Shown here: in pieces, positions 28,057 through 36,889 of the stretch
Position numbering within the stretch: the stretch's first letter is position 1
How the letters are laid out: each line of letters starts with the position of its first letter
Virus record (IMG/VR): IMGVR_UViG_3300012533_000005
Strand: one strand, 5' to 3'
Length of the DNA stretch: 64,000 nt
From: a virus
Taxonomy: Duplodnaviria > Heunggongvirae > Uroviricota > Caudoviricetes
The notes under the pieces: model-generated
Databases searched by the model: none
Seen by the model: the letters and a program-made list of their open reading frames with translations, nothing else
What the model was told of the DNA's origin: nothing
Translations under genes and position numbers: made by a program

Positions 28057-28746
28057 ATGGAAAGTATTTATCAGAAAATATGTAGTGATATAGTATTCCC
28101 TGAATTTAAAGGTGGTTTACTTTATATGCACAAAACAAAGATGGATAATATAATTCTTCCTAAAGAGTATAAGCGTTATACTGAAACATTTGAACAGATG
28201 CTTAAAAATGTTAAGGATAGAAATGATGTTTGTTACATAACTATTGATGAAAAAACAGTTTGTAATGATACTCATAGACGAGGCGGAATACACGTTGATT
28301 TTAATTGGTTTGAAAATTTAGGGGGTGGTAAACATGGGCATAAAAGAGCAATCGGTATGCACAATGGAGATAATGGTAGTCATAACGGAGGTAGAGGTAA
28401 TGGCGGACACCCTGCCAATTATCCACAACCAAACGGTAATCATAACGGAAGCCCTCCGTCAACACATTGTAGTCTTTCTGAATTTAACAAAAACGGGGGG
28501 ATGTTATTGGTTTCAAATCATTCAGCCTGTAAGGTTTATAAAGGCTTGTATAATGGTGAAATAGGTGAGGGGGGTGATTGTTCAAATATTGATATATCTA
28601 CCCTTAAAAGCGAGATAATGAAGCCAAACGACGTTTATTTCATAAATGCTTTAGGGATACATGAACCATTGGTGATTGAACAAAAAGTAAACAGAAGCTT
28701 AATTAGGGTTAATTTTCATCCTGATTATGTTTGGAAAAACAATTAA
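28057..28746 (+). CDS. hypothetical protein with a Gly/His/Asn-rich low-complexity segment
   Basis: GGGKHGHKRAIGMHNGDNGSHNGGRGNGGHPANYPQPNGNHNGSPP. Confidence 0.5.
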   Translation: MESIYQKICSDIVFPEFKGGLLYMHKTKMDNIILPKEYKRYTETFEQMLKNVKDRNDVCYITIDEKTVCNDTHRRGGIHVDFNWFENLGGGKHGHKRAIGMHNGDNGSHNGGRGNGGHPANYPQPNGNHNGSPPSTHCSLSEFNKNGGMLLVSNHSACKVYKGLYNGEIGEGGDCSNIDISTLKSEIMKPNDVYFINALGIHEPLVIEQKVNRSLIRVNFHPDYVWKNN

Positions 28747-28791
28747 TAATAAAAATAAATCAAATAAAAACAAACCAAAAAAATCAAAATT

Positions 28792-29694
28792 ATGGAAAAG
28801 AAAAAAGCACAAATCACATTAGGTGTAATAGTACTATTGATATTTATCATATTTATCTCTACTAAAAGAATAGATGCAGGACACGCAGGTATTAAGGTTT
28901 ATAACTATGGCGACGATAAAGGGGTGTCAAATATTGTTGAGGTTACAGGATGGACATTATACAACCCTCTTTCTCAGAAGGTATATGAAGTTCCTACATA
29001 CGTTCAAACAGCAAATTATAAGCTTGATACAGTTGAAGTTGATAAAAATACTGAATTAAGATTCAATACAAAAGATGGTATGGTAGTTAGGATTGATGCT
29101 TCTTTGAATTATTCGACACCAAGCGAAAGTGTTGTTAAGATATTTAGAAAGTATCGTAAACCTGTAACGCAATTAGAAGGTAATGTTTTAAGAAACTTAG
29201 TTATTGAGTCTTTAAATCAGGTTTGTGGTGATTATACTTGCGAACAGGTTTATGAAAAACGTAATGAATTAGAAACAAAAGCCCGTAAACACCTGAAAGA
29301 TTTTTTAGGTAAAGAAGGATTTATTGTAGAGCAGTTCGTTATTCTTGGAGAATTAAGATTACCACGTACCGTTGTACATAATATTAACGAAAAGGTTAAT
29401 GCTACTCAAATTGCATTAAAGAAACAACAAGAGGTTCAGCAAGAGTTTTTTGAAAGCTTAAAAAGAATTACAAAAGCAAGAGGTGATAGTTCTGTTGCTA
29501 TGATTTCAGCTACGGGTAAAGCAAACGCTTTATTGGTTACTGCTGATGCTGAAGCAAAATCAAATAATAAAATTAGTTCAAGTATCACGGATGTATTGAT
29601 TAGATACAATCAAAGTAATAATTGGGATGGTCATTATCCTGCTACATTAGTTACGAATGGACAAAATGTTATTTTACCATTATCAAATAAATAA
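28792..29694 (+). CDS. SPFH/band-7 (stomatin/prohibitin-like) membrane protein
   Basis: N-terminal TM, then IDAGHAGIKVYNYG...TKDGMVVRIDASLNY (compare stomatin TKDNVTVSVDAVVYY). Ala/Glu-rich C-terminal segment TADAEAKS. Confidence 0.5.
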   Translation: MEKKKAQITLGVIVLLIFIIFISTKRIDAGHAGIKVYNYGDDKGVSNIVEVTGWTLYNPLSQKVYEVPTYVQTANYKLDTVEVDKNTELRFNTKDGMVVRIDASLNYSTPSESVVKIFRKYRKPVTQLEGNVLRNLVIESLNQVCGDYTCEQVYEKRNELETKARKHLKDFLGKEGFIVEQFVILGELRLPRTVVHNINEKVNATQIALKKQQEVQQEFFESLKRITKARGDSSVAMISATGKANALLVTADAEAKSNNKISSSITDVLIRYNQSNNWDGHYPATLVTNGQNVILPLSNK

Positions 29695-29901
29695 TTGATG
29701 TTAGGTAAAAAATGTAGTTTCTGTCAAAAAAACTTTGTCGTCGGGGATAGGTATGAGCAATATGGAGAAGATTATTCTCATACAAAATGCCTTGACGAAC
29801 AAATGTTTTTGCATAGGCATAATCCATATACCGAATTAGTACTTCTGAGAAATAAATTAAATCAATTAATTATAAGAAATGAGAGTAGAGTTCAATTATA
29901 A
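29695..29901 (+). CDS. small Cys-containing protein (68 aa), possible zinc ribbon
   Basis: CSFCQKN...HTKCLDE. Confidence 0.4.
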   Translation: MMLGKKCSFCQKNFVVGDRYEQYGEDYSHTKCLDEQMFLHRHNPYTELVLLRNKLNQLIIRNESRVQL

Positions 29902-30334
29902 GAAAGAAAATTTCGTTCAGATATTTCCTGTATTTTATATTACCAATGGTAACGAAAATGTTATTTTAATTGGTCTTGGATATATTAATATTGCTTTTAT
30001 ATTCGGTAATAATATTAAAAGCATTTACGATAAAGTTGGTAAAACTGATGGTAATTTAAATGAATTTGTTTTCATTTGGTATAAGAAAATGCAGAATGGA
30101 GATAAAACACATTATACAGAACCGTTCAGGACAGTAGTTAAAGCTAATAACAGAGAAGAAGCAGTTGAACAATTAACTCAGTTTGCCCTTAAAAAAATGA
30201 CACTTTGTATTCACGATGAAGGAAATTTTATTAGAAGTGATTATTCTAAAATTCAAGAGGATTTCCATTATATGAACCGAGCTATGAAGGATATGGAAAA
30301 TAAATTTAAAAACATTAAGAATAGATACAGTTAA
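29879..30334 (+). CDS. hypothetical protein (151 aa); paralog of 39943-40257
   Basis: MRVEFNYKKENFVQIFPVFYITNGNENVILIGLGYINIAFIFGNN aligns with MRTEINYKKEGFTQIFPILYITNDKEKAWVFGFGKKNIAFVSGEN. Confidence 0.5.
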   Translation: MRVEFNYKKENFVQIFPVFYITNGNENVILIGLGYINIAFIFGNNIKSIYDKVGKTDGNLNEFVFIWYKKMQNGDKTHYTEPFRTVVKANNREEAVEQLTQFALKKMTLCIHDEGNFIRSDYSKIQEDFHYMNRAMKDMENKFKNIKNRYS

Positions 30335-30340
30335 TAAAAA

Positions 30341-30646
30341 ATGGACAACGTAAAAGAAACATTAAAAGAAGTATTCAAAGAGAAGTTTGGTGAAAATTGG
30401 CATTACGAATATCTTAATTTTGAACATAGTTCAGGTTTTTATAATGAAGTAATAACTGCATTAGAAAGGGTTAGGGAAAAACAAATGGAGGTATTAATAA
30501 AAACAGCTCCAAGCGACGAACTGATTGCTGATATTATTAATGAAGTAACGGTTAATGAGATTGGCATTGGTGTTAAGCCTTTCTATTTAGAGCAAAGAAT
30601 TAAAGGTGCTAAAATAATTATTGGATTATTAAAGGGAGAAAAATAA
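30341..30646 (+). CDS. hypothetical protein (101 aa)
   Basis: ORF. Confidence 0.5.
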   Translation: MDNVKETLKEVFKEKFGENWHYEYLNFEHSSGFYNEVITALERVREKQMEVLIKTAPSDELIADIINEVTVNEIGIGVKPFYLEQRIKGAKIIIGLLKGEK

Positions 30647-30666
30647 AATTACTAAAACAAAACACG

Positions 30667-30876
30667 ATGGAAAGTTTAACGGCAGAACAAAGAGAACAAA
30701 TTGCTTTAGAGGAATTTAGAAAACAACCGCTACAAAATATATGCACGGTTGCCGTTATTAAAATTGCAGAAGTTGCTATAAGCACTAATGCAGATAACGG
30801 AGTTGTTGAAACAGCCGCAACGATAAACGGTAAAAGATATAAGGTAAAGGCAGTTGTTACTTACGAATCTAACTAA
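30667..30876 (+). CDS. hypothetical protein (69 aa)
   Basis: ORF. Confidence 0.45.
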   Translation: MESLTAEQREQIALEEFRKQPLQNICTVAVIKIAEVAISTNADNGVVETAATINGKRYKVKAVVTYESN

Positions 30877-31078
30877 AAATAAAATGGAAGTTGTCAAAAA
30901 AATAACATTCAAATTAAGCTGTAAAGTTATATATTTTAACAATATGAAATTGTATTGGTATATAAGGAATGAATGTGATTACATTTACGGTGTGTGTACA
31001 AGAATTTACGCTTGGTCTTGTACCTGTTACAAATAAAATTAATTAAAATGGCGGACACAAATTAAAATTTAATTAAAA

Positions 31079-31525
31079 ATGATATTAAAAGGAAGTAGAT
31101 TAGAGTTTATCAGTTGGATAAAAAGAGATGGTAGTGGAACAGAACCCATTACTGAAGATTATTTAAAAATATTACAAGACGAGAAGTTTGAAGTTAATTG
31201 CTTGTCATTAAGCGAAAATACTCACATAGCAAGTGGATTTAATTCTTTTGTAGTAAGAATTAAAAAAGCAGATATTACTGAAAAACAATTAACTCCAATG
31301 CAGGAATTTTACGATTGGATTTATAGAAACGGAATGAGTCCCGATTGTGGTATTCCTGCTATTAAAGAAAAAGTAAAGGAATTAATTGTAAAAGAAAAGG
31401 AAGTTATTATAACTTTTGCAAATAAACTTGTAGAAATTCAGGTTGAAGGATGTGGATGTTTTAAGAATGGTAGTTCGGAAGAAGAATCAGAAGAATTGTT
31501 TAAAAAAATATTTGAAATAGAATAA
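31079..31525 (+). CDS. hypothetical protein (148 aa)
   Basis: ORF. Confidence 0.5.
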   Translation: MILKGSRLEFISWIKRDGSGTEPITEDYLKILQDEKFEVNCLSLSENTHIASGFNSFVVRIKKADITEKQLTPMQEFYDWIYRNGMSPDCGIPAIKEKVKELIVKEKEVIITFANKLVEIQVEGCGCFKNGSSEEESEELFKKIFEIE

Positions 31526-31768
31526 ATGGAAAAAAAACTAACCCCTATTCAGGAATTAATTAAAGAATTTGAGAACATTAAGGAAACCAAATGTAAAACA
31601 CTACAAGAGGTGGTTTTTTTTGATGGTGTTTTAGCTATAATTGAATCCAAATATGTTGCTAAAGAAAAGAAAATCATTATTGATACCTATGATAGTAATG
31701 GGGTAGTTAATGGTAAATTGTGTGGAAACGGAAAGCAGTATTATAAAGAAAAATTTAAAAACAAATAA
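31526..31768 (+). CDS. hypothetical protein (80 aa)
   Basis: ORF. Confidence 0.45.
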   Translation: MEKKLTPIQELIKEFENIKETKCKTLQEVVFFDGVLAIIESKYVAKEKKIIIDTYDSNGVVNGKLCGNGKQYYKEKFKNK

Positions 31769-31770
31769 AC

Positions 31771-32544
31771 ATGGAAAATAAACTACCTATACTATTAGAC
31801 AGACCGATAGCCTTCTTTGACTGTGAAACGACTGGACTGGATATTGGAAAAGATAGAATAATTTCACTTGCAGTAACAAAATTAATGCCTGATGGAACAA
31901 GACTATCAAAGAACTCTCTCATTAACCCAATGATTCCTATTTCTGCTGAAGCAACTGCTATACACGGAATAACAAATGAAGATTTAATTGATAAGCCTAA
32001 GTTTTCTCAATTAGCCAAGTCCTTGTATGAATTTATGAAAGGTTGCTACATAGCAGGATATAATAATAACCACTTTGATAACCCGATATTGCAGGAGGAA
32101 TTTTCAAGATGCGATATAGAGTTTCCTAACTATGATGAAGTTAGTATTGATGTTTGTGGGATATTCAAGCACTTTGAAAAAAGGGACTTATCATCAGCAT
32201 TAAAGTTTTATTGTAATAAAACTATGGAGAACGCTCATAATGCCCAAGCGGATATTGATGCTACTGTTGATGTGTTTTTAGCCCAATTAACGAGATACGA
32301 TGAATTAAAGGATAAAAACATAATTGAAATATCTAAGATTGGTAGGAATGAAAACTCAGTCGATTGGCAAGGTCGTATTGTTCTTGATGCTGATGGTGAT
32401 TATTCTTGGAATTTCGGTAAAGTGAAAGGTAAAAAGATAAAAAATGAATTAGGATTTGGTGATTGGGTATTAACAAATGATTTCCCCGAAACGTTTAAAG
32501 CATTGGTTAGAAGGATAAAAGAGGATATAAATTCTAAAAAGTAG
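31771..32544 (+). CDS. DEDD-family 3'-5' exonuclease (DnaQ / Pol III epsilon-like)
   Basis: Exo I motif FFDCETTGLD, Exo II motif YIAGYNNNHFDNPIL and Exo III motif HNAQADIDATVDVF. Confidence 0.7.
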   Translation: MENKLPILLDRPIAFFDCETTGLDIGKDRIISLAVTKLMPDGTRLSKNSLINPMIPISAEATAIHGITNEDLIDKPKFSQLAKSLYEFMKGCYIAGYNNNHFDNPILQEEFSRCDIEFPNYDEVSIDVCGIFKHFEKRDLSSALKFYCNKTMENAHNAQADIDATVDVFLAQLTRYDELKDKNIIEISKIGRNENSVDWQGRIVLDADGDYSWNFGKVKGKKIKNELGFGDWVLTNDFPETFKALVRRIKEDINSKK

Positions 32545-32547
32545 TAT

Positions 32548-32578
32548 TTTGATATATTAATTCTAAGTTATGTATCTT
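32548..32578 (+). promoter_or_regulatory. Bacteroidota sigma-A-type promoter (TTTG, 19-nt spacer, TAtcTTTG)
   Basis: TTTG at 32548-32551 and TATCTTTG at 32571-32578. ATG at 32595. Confidence 0.45.
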
Positions 32579-32594
32579 TGATAAAAAAAATAAA

Positions 32595-32849
32595 ATGGAA
32601 AAAATAAGTTGTATAGTAAAGTTGGAAGGACATGAAGAAACTACAATGGAGTTTATATCTACCCCAAAGAAAGGCGAAAATATTGTTTATAATGACGAAA
32701 AATTTGAGGTAAAAGTTGTTAGTCATGTAATTGTTAAAAGACCGCCAACCGAACTTGAGAGAGAGGTTAATCTAGCTAGAGATATTATTTCAGATACTAT
32801 TGAAGAAAATAAAGTAATGATACACGCAAGTAAAATAAAAGGATTATAG
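32595..32849 (+). CDS. hypothetical protein (84 aa)
   Basis: ORF. Confidence 0.5.
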   Translation: MEKISCIVKLEGHEETTMEFISTPKKGENIVYNDEKFEVKVVSHVIVKRPPTELEREVNLARDIISDTIEENKVMIHASKIKGL

Positions 32850-32861
32850 TGTTAATTAAGT

Positions 32862-33590
32862 ATGGATGGTGGATATACAAAACTGATAGATAAGGCAAGA
32901 AAATTGAAGGCATTGGCGGACAGGGGTAATGGCGGAGAGATGGATACGGCAAAGAGATTCTATGAAGAATTTTTGCATAAAAATAATATATCTGAACAAG
33001 AAATTGATTCGGAGTATTTCAAAAGAACATTCGTTTTGGCGGACAGCGAGTACGAGATACTTTTAAGTCATATCATAATGTCTGTAAATCCATTTTGTAC
33101 TATAAACAGAACTGAAAATCATAGGTTTTTAGTTAGCTTAGACGACGAGGACTTTATTGAGGTTGAGCATAAATTTATGGTTTTTCATAATCTTTTTAAA
33201 AGTGATGAAAAACGAATGTTAAAAAGATACAGTAAGTTGGATAAAAAGGATTATGAAAAAGAAAAGTTCATATTTCTGTCAGGATTTTTAAACTTTCATC
33301 AAAAGCACTTTGCCCCTGATACATACTCCGTTTCAAAGCAAAGAGGTTCTGATGGTCGTAATATTAATCCCGATATGGCGGACAAAGTTAGTGATGCTGT
33401 GTCGGATAATAAAATTGAAAAAAAAGAGATTATTGAGGAAAAAGTTAAGGATGCTAAGAAGAAGTTAAATGAAGCTCCTCAACCGAAAACATTTAGTGAA
33501 AAAGAGATAGATAAACTAATTGAATATACTGAAGATTATACTCCAATTAGTTATGTGAGGGCTAAGAGAACATTAGCAGAGAGCTATTAA
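32862..33590 (+). CDS. DUF2786-like N-terminal domain protein (242 aa); paralogous N-terminus with 39420-39779
   Basis: KLIDKARKLKALADRGNGGEMDTAKRFYEEFLHKNNISEQE aligns with KIKSLITKVKALADKGEGGEKENAKKKLSELLDKYNITKFEE. Confidence 0.5.
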   Translation: MDGGYTKLIDKARKLKALADRGNGGEMDTAKRFYEEFLHKNNISEQEIDSEYFKRTFVLADSEYEILLSHIIMSVNPFCTINRTENHRFLVSLDDEDFIEVEHKFMVFHNLFKSDEKRMLKRYSKLDKKDYEKEKFIFLSGFLNFHQKHFAPDTYSVSKQRGSDGRNINPDMADKVSDAVSDNKIEKKEIIEEKVKDAKKKLNEAPQPKTFSEKEIDKLIEYTEDYTPISYVRAKRTLAESY

Positions 33591-33613
33591 TATTTTAAAT
33601 TGTTGATAAATTC

Positions 33614-33635
33614 CAGTTATTTTATAAAATAACTG
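33614..33635. promoter_or_regulatory. perfect copy of the 22-bp palindrome CAGTTATTTTATAAAATAACTG
   Basis: Exact palindrome, isolated from the main cluster. Confidence 0.6.
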
Positions 33636-33681
33636 ATTGAATTAAAGAAACGACGTATTATATTTGTGAATAGGCTATAAA

Positions 33682-33960
33682 ATGTTAAGTGTTTTCAAAA
33701 AAAAAGAATTTAATCTCGGTCAATATCTTATTGAGTTAGGTTATTTTAAGACAGAGCAAACTGTTAGTCATACAACTTATAGTGATGGTGCTTATTGTAT
33801 AAGTATTTTTATAAAAGAAAGAGGTGGTTACAACATGGTAACGATAACATTAGATGATTTTAATTTAGCTACACTTAGGTTTATCCCAAATTCAAAGACA
33901 ATGATGGATATGATTTTAAATAGTATAAAGTCGGAGGTTGATAGTAATGAGGAGGTATAG
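33682..33960 (+). CDS. hypothetical protein (92 aa)
   Basis: ORF. Confidence 0.45.
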   Translation: MLSVFKKKEFNLGQYLIELGYFKTEQTVSHTTYSDGAYCISIFIKERGGYNMVTITLDDFNLATLRFIPNSKTMMDMILNSIKSEVDSNEEV

Positions 33961-34059
33961 TAAAATGGCACTAACAGCGTTAATAATTAGTCTTATTAAT
34001 TTATTATGCTTAATAGCATTTGTTTTTTTAATTTTTAATAGATAATAAATAAGTACAGA

Positions 34060-34299
34060 ATGGAACAAACAGGAGTTAAAAAAGAAGGGTTGAATCAAGC
34101 ATTAAATGAAGCTTTATCAAAGTCAACGGAGAAGGAAAGAATTATTGCGGTGTTGGATTGTGTTCGTGGTTATCGTAATGAATATAATAGAGATTTAGAA
34201 GAAGAAAAAGATAAATTTGAGGGATTCAATAAATGTAAAAGTGAATATCGTAATCAAATTCAAAAAGTAAAAGAATATGTTAATAAACATGATTTTTAA
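34060..34299 (+). CDS. hypothetical protein (79 aa)
   Basis: ORF. Confidence 0.45.
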   Translation: MEQTGVKKEGLNQALNEALSKSTEKERIIAVLDCVRGYRNEYNRDLEEEKDKFEGFNKCKSEYRNQIQKVKEYVNKHDF

Positions 34300-34313
34300 T
34301 AATTTTTTTTATA

Positions 34314-34517
34314 ATGGAAAATAATCAAGAAAATAATCAAGAAAATCCACACTCACAGCTAGGTGTGTGTGATGTTCATAGGTTAGTTAATAAGGACTAT
34401 GACACAAGAGAGGTTCAGTATTGTGGCTTATGTGATGCTTGGATGTGTAAAGACTGTTTTGGTAATTATCCTAAAAGGGCTTTAGCTGCATCAATAAAAC
34501 TAGCAAGAGGAGAATAA
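34314..34517 (+). CDS. small Cys-rich (zinc-finger-like) protein
   Basis: CDVHRL...CGLCDAWMCKDC. Confidence 0.45.
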   Translation: MENNQENNQENPHSQLGVCDVHRLVNKDYDTREVQYCGLCDAWMCKDCFGNYPKRALAASIKLARGE

Positions 34518-34598
34518 TAATAGTTTTTTCGATAAAAGTATTTTAACTTTTATCTATGGATAGGTTTTTAGTAAGGAAATTTTTAAAGTAAAGATAAG

Positions 34599-34820
34599 AT
34601 GGATAGTAATAGTGCAACAATTAAATTAACATTAGCCGAATTTTATGCTTTCGGATTAGTGAATCAAAGAATCTATATAAATCAAGATATTGATTTTATA
34701 AAGGCTGAACTACAAGAAATCTGTAATACTAACAGATTAATCTCAATAACGACGTATTCAGCCACTCCAGCAGAAATATTAACTTTTAACGGTCAAAACG
34801 ATGAACGATATTCAGAATAG
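34599..34820 (+). CDS. hypothetical protein (73 aa)
   Basis: ORF. Confidence 0.4.
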   Translation: MDSNSATIKLTLAEFYAFGLVNQRIYINQDIDFIKAELQEICNTNRLISITTYSATPAEILTFNGQNDERYSE

Positions 34821-35115
34821 AGTATTAAAACCATTTTGGCGTACAGATGGTATGGATAAGGTTGCTGACTTGGGTGAGATGAAACAGGCTGTTGTAGTGG
34901 CTTTTTATACCCCAAGAGGCGGTATTAATTACTATTCAATAAGCCCTAGAAGCTATTTCCCATTCACAGATACTCAACTTCATAAGAAATACGATGATTA
35001 TTACGATTGTTGTATTTACGCTGAATCAATTATATTGGATTGGGTTAAGTCACTCTTAATAAACGAAAGTGATATTCTGATATTGGATGGAGTTAAGAAA
35101 ATGTTATATAAATAA
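34801..35115 (+). CDS. hypothetical protein (104 aa)
   Basis: ORF. Confidence 0.45.
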   Translation: MNDIQNRVLKPFWRTDGMDKVADLGEMKQAVVVAFYTPRGGINYYSISPRSYFPFTDTQLHKKYDDYYDCCIYAESIILDWVKSLLINESDILILDGVKKMLYK

Positions 35116-35147
35116 TAAACAAACAAATAAACAAACAAACCAAAATC

Positions 35148-35477
35148 ATGACAAAAAGTAAAGTTAAAAAAGCAGCAAAAGCTGTAAAAAAAACAGTTGT
35201 TAAATCACCTGTAAAGAAAGCCGTAGCTAAGAAAGCCGTAGCTAAGAAAGTAGTCGTTAATAAACCAGCAGTTAAGAAAGCTACTGAAAATAAAAATTCA
35301 GTTAAAGCTAATTCAGCAAAAGCTAATGCTAGTAATTGGGATGCTCCTAAAGCAGAGTCTTTAAAAAAAGGTGGTAAAAAAGTAAGTGCAAAGAAGGTTT
35401 CTATGCCTCCAAAAGCGACACCTACAAGAAAAGGACAGAAAAAACAAACTATTAATAAGCCATTAACAGGCAATTAA
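35148..35477 (+). CDS. histone H1-like / Lys-Ala-rich DNA-binding protein
   Basis: MTKSKVKKAAKAVKKTVVKSPVKKAVAKKAVAKKVVVNKPAVKKATENK. Leader AAACAAACAAATAAACAAACAAACC. Confidence 0.55.
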   Translation: MTKSKVKKAAKAVKKTVVKSPVKKAVAKKAVAKKVVVNKPAVKKATENKNSVKANSAKANASNWDAPKAESLKKGGKKVSAKKVSMPPKATPTRKGQKKQTINKPLTGN

Positions 35478-35488
35478 TAAGTCCTTTT

Positions 35489-35564
35489 CAGTTATTTTAT
35501 AAAATAATTGGAATCACATCCAGTTATTTTATAAAATAATCCAGTTATTTTATAAAATAATTGG
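35489..35564. promoter_or_regulatory. three copies of the 22-bp palindromic element (operator-like array)
   Basis: Copies at 35489-35510, 35521-35541 and 35543-35564. They lie upstream of 35587-35970 and the XRE regulator gene. Confidence 0.6.
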
Positions 35565-35586
35565 TAAATTTGAAAAAACCAAAATT

Positions 35587-35970
35587 ATGTTTGTAGTAAC
35601 GGGGAAGTTATCTAATAAATCATTAGTAAAATCAGGGGTTTCTGAAGTAGGTACTTGGAAAATAATACAATTCCTTATTGAAAAGACACGTAATAGAAAA
35701 CCGATTTTTATTCCCCTTATTGCAAAAGGCAAATTAGCCGATAAAATAGATGATATTCCTATTGGCGAAAGAATTAAGGTTGATTTTTATATTGAGGGAA
35801 AGAATTATAATGGCAAGTATTATACCGATTGTATTTCGACAAGTATTGATAAATACATACCTAGAAAGAAATGGATACACGGACAGGTTACTTTTGGTAA
35901 TGATGTTTTTGAAGATGGTAGTGAAAATTTAGGTAAGGACATACATTTATTTAAAGATAAAAAAGATTAG
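35587..35970 (+). CDS. hypothetical protein (127 aa)
   Basis: ORF. Confidence 0.5.
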   Translation: MFVVTGKLSNKSLVKSGVSEVGTWKIIQFLIEKTRNRKPIFIPLIAKGKLADKIDDIPIGERIKVDFYIEGKNYNGKYYTDCISTSIDKYIPRKKWIHGQVTFGNDVFEDGSENLGKDIHLFKDKKD

Positions 35971-35972
35971 AA

Positions 35973-36200
35973 ATGGAACAGAATTACGGTGATAAACCCA
36001 CAAGACTTAGGACAGTATTAGCTGAAAAGGGTATTATGCAGAAAGATTTAGCTAAAATGTCAGGCGTTGAAACATATCAAATAAGCCAACTGTGTTCGGG
36101 TCTTAAATCAAATGTTATGTTAGACACAGCAAAAAGAATTGCTAAAGCTTTAAATGTTACTCTTGATGAAGCTTTTGGTGATGATATAAAGGGAAATTAA
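35973..36200 (+). CDS. XRE-family helix-turn-helix transcriptional regulator (Cro/CI-like)
   Basis: LRTVLAEKGIMQKDLAKMSGVETYQISQLCSGLKSNVMLDTAKRIAKALNVTLDEAF is a canonical HTH_XRE fold pattern. Confidence 0.7.
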   Translation: MEQNYGDKPTRLRTVLAEKGIMQKDLAKMSGVETYQISQLCSGLKSNVMLDTAKRIAKALNVTLDEAFGDDIKGN

Positions 36201-36213
36201 AAATCATCATAAT

Positions 36214-36798
36214 ATGAATAGAAGAAATTTTTTAAAAGGTACGGTATTTGGATTTATAGGTGCTATTTTATGTCCAAAAGATATATTTTCATCACCAGTA
36301 CATGATAAAAATAATGAATTACACAAAGTTAATTTAAAATTAAATAATGATTTTGATGATAGTGAAATACCAAAAGATTTAATAAGGTTTGCTAAAGAAT
36401 TTTCTGAAATATTCAAACTATTATCGGATAAAGGGTCATATATTTCTCATTGTGGAAAATATAGTATTAAGTGTGTAGACTATTTAAGGGATAATGAAAG
36501 CGGACAGATTTTTAGTACGCCATACAGGGTATCAAACTCAACAGGTATAATGGAGTTTAGTAAATTAAGGATGAAGGATATGCCACAGTCAATTATATTT
36601 AATGGAGTTGTATGGTGTTATTTAGTTTATAAAAACCCATCGGACTATATTGGAGCAGATATAAAGTCAATTCAATGTTCTGTTAAAAATGGATTCTCTA
36701 AAAAAGAATTATTTAAACAGTATTGTAACATATTCAAAGACAATCTAACTGAATTTAATATGGATAGGATAAGAAAATTAAGTCAAAATTTAAAATAA
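36214..36798 (+). CDS. exported protein with twin-arginine (Tat) signal peptide
   Basis: MNRRNFLKGTVFGFIGAILCP fits the S/T-R-R-x-F-L-K Tat consensus. Confidence 0.5.
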   Translation: MNRRNFLKGTVFGFIGAILCPKDIFSSPVHDKNNELHKVNLKLNNDFDDSEIPKDLIRFAKEFSEIFKLLSDKGSYISHCGKYSIKCVDYLRDNESGQIFSTPYRVSNSTGIMEFSKLRMKDMPQSIIFNGVVWCYLVYKNPSDYIGADIKSIQCSVKNGFSKKELFKQYCNIFKDNLTEFNMDRIRKLSQNLK

Positions 36799-36799
36799 A

Positions 36800-36889
36800 A
36801 TGAAAAATTTTTTGAAACAAAGTGCAGGAGCAATAATAATCATACTATCTATAATTTTCGTAGTATGGTGCTTCTTAAATAATAATTAA
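36800..36889 (+). CDS. possible small hydrophobic peptide (about 29 aa)
   Basis: MKNFLKQSAGAIIIILSIIFVVWCFLNNN fills an intergenic gap. Coding status is uncertain. Confidence 0.25.
   Translation: MKNFLKQSAGAIIIILSIIFVVWCFLNNN

Noticed and set aside
35093-35473. 126-aa minus-strand ORF antisense to the histone-like gene; likewise 1217-1510, 7196-7390, 20404-20637, 59008-59286 and other antisense ORFs in the track
   Set aside because: Each is fully embedded antisense to a better-supported + strand gene with a leader motif. Their low-complexity translations mirror the sense-strand composition. Judged spurious.
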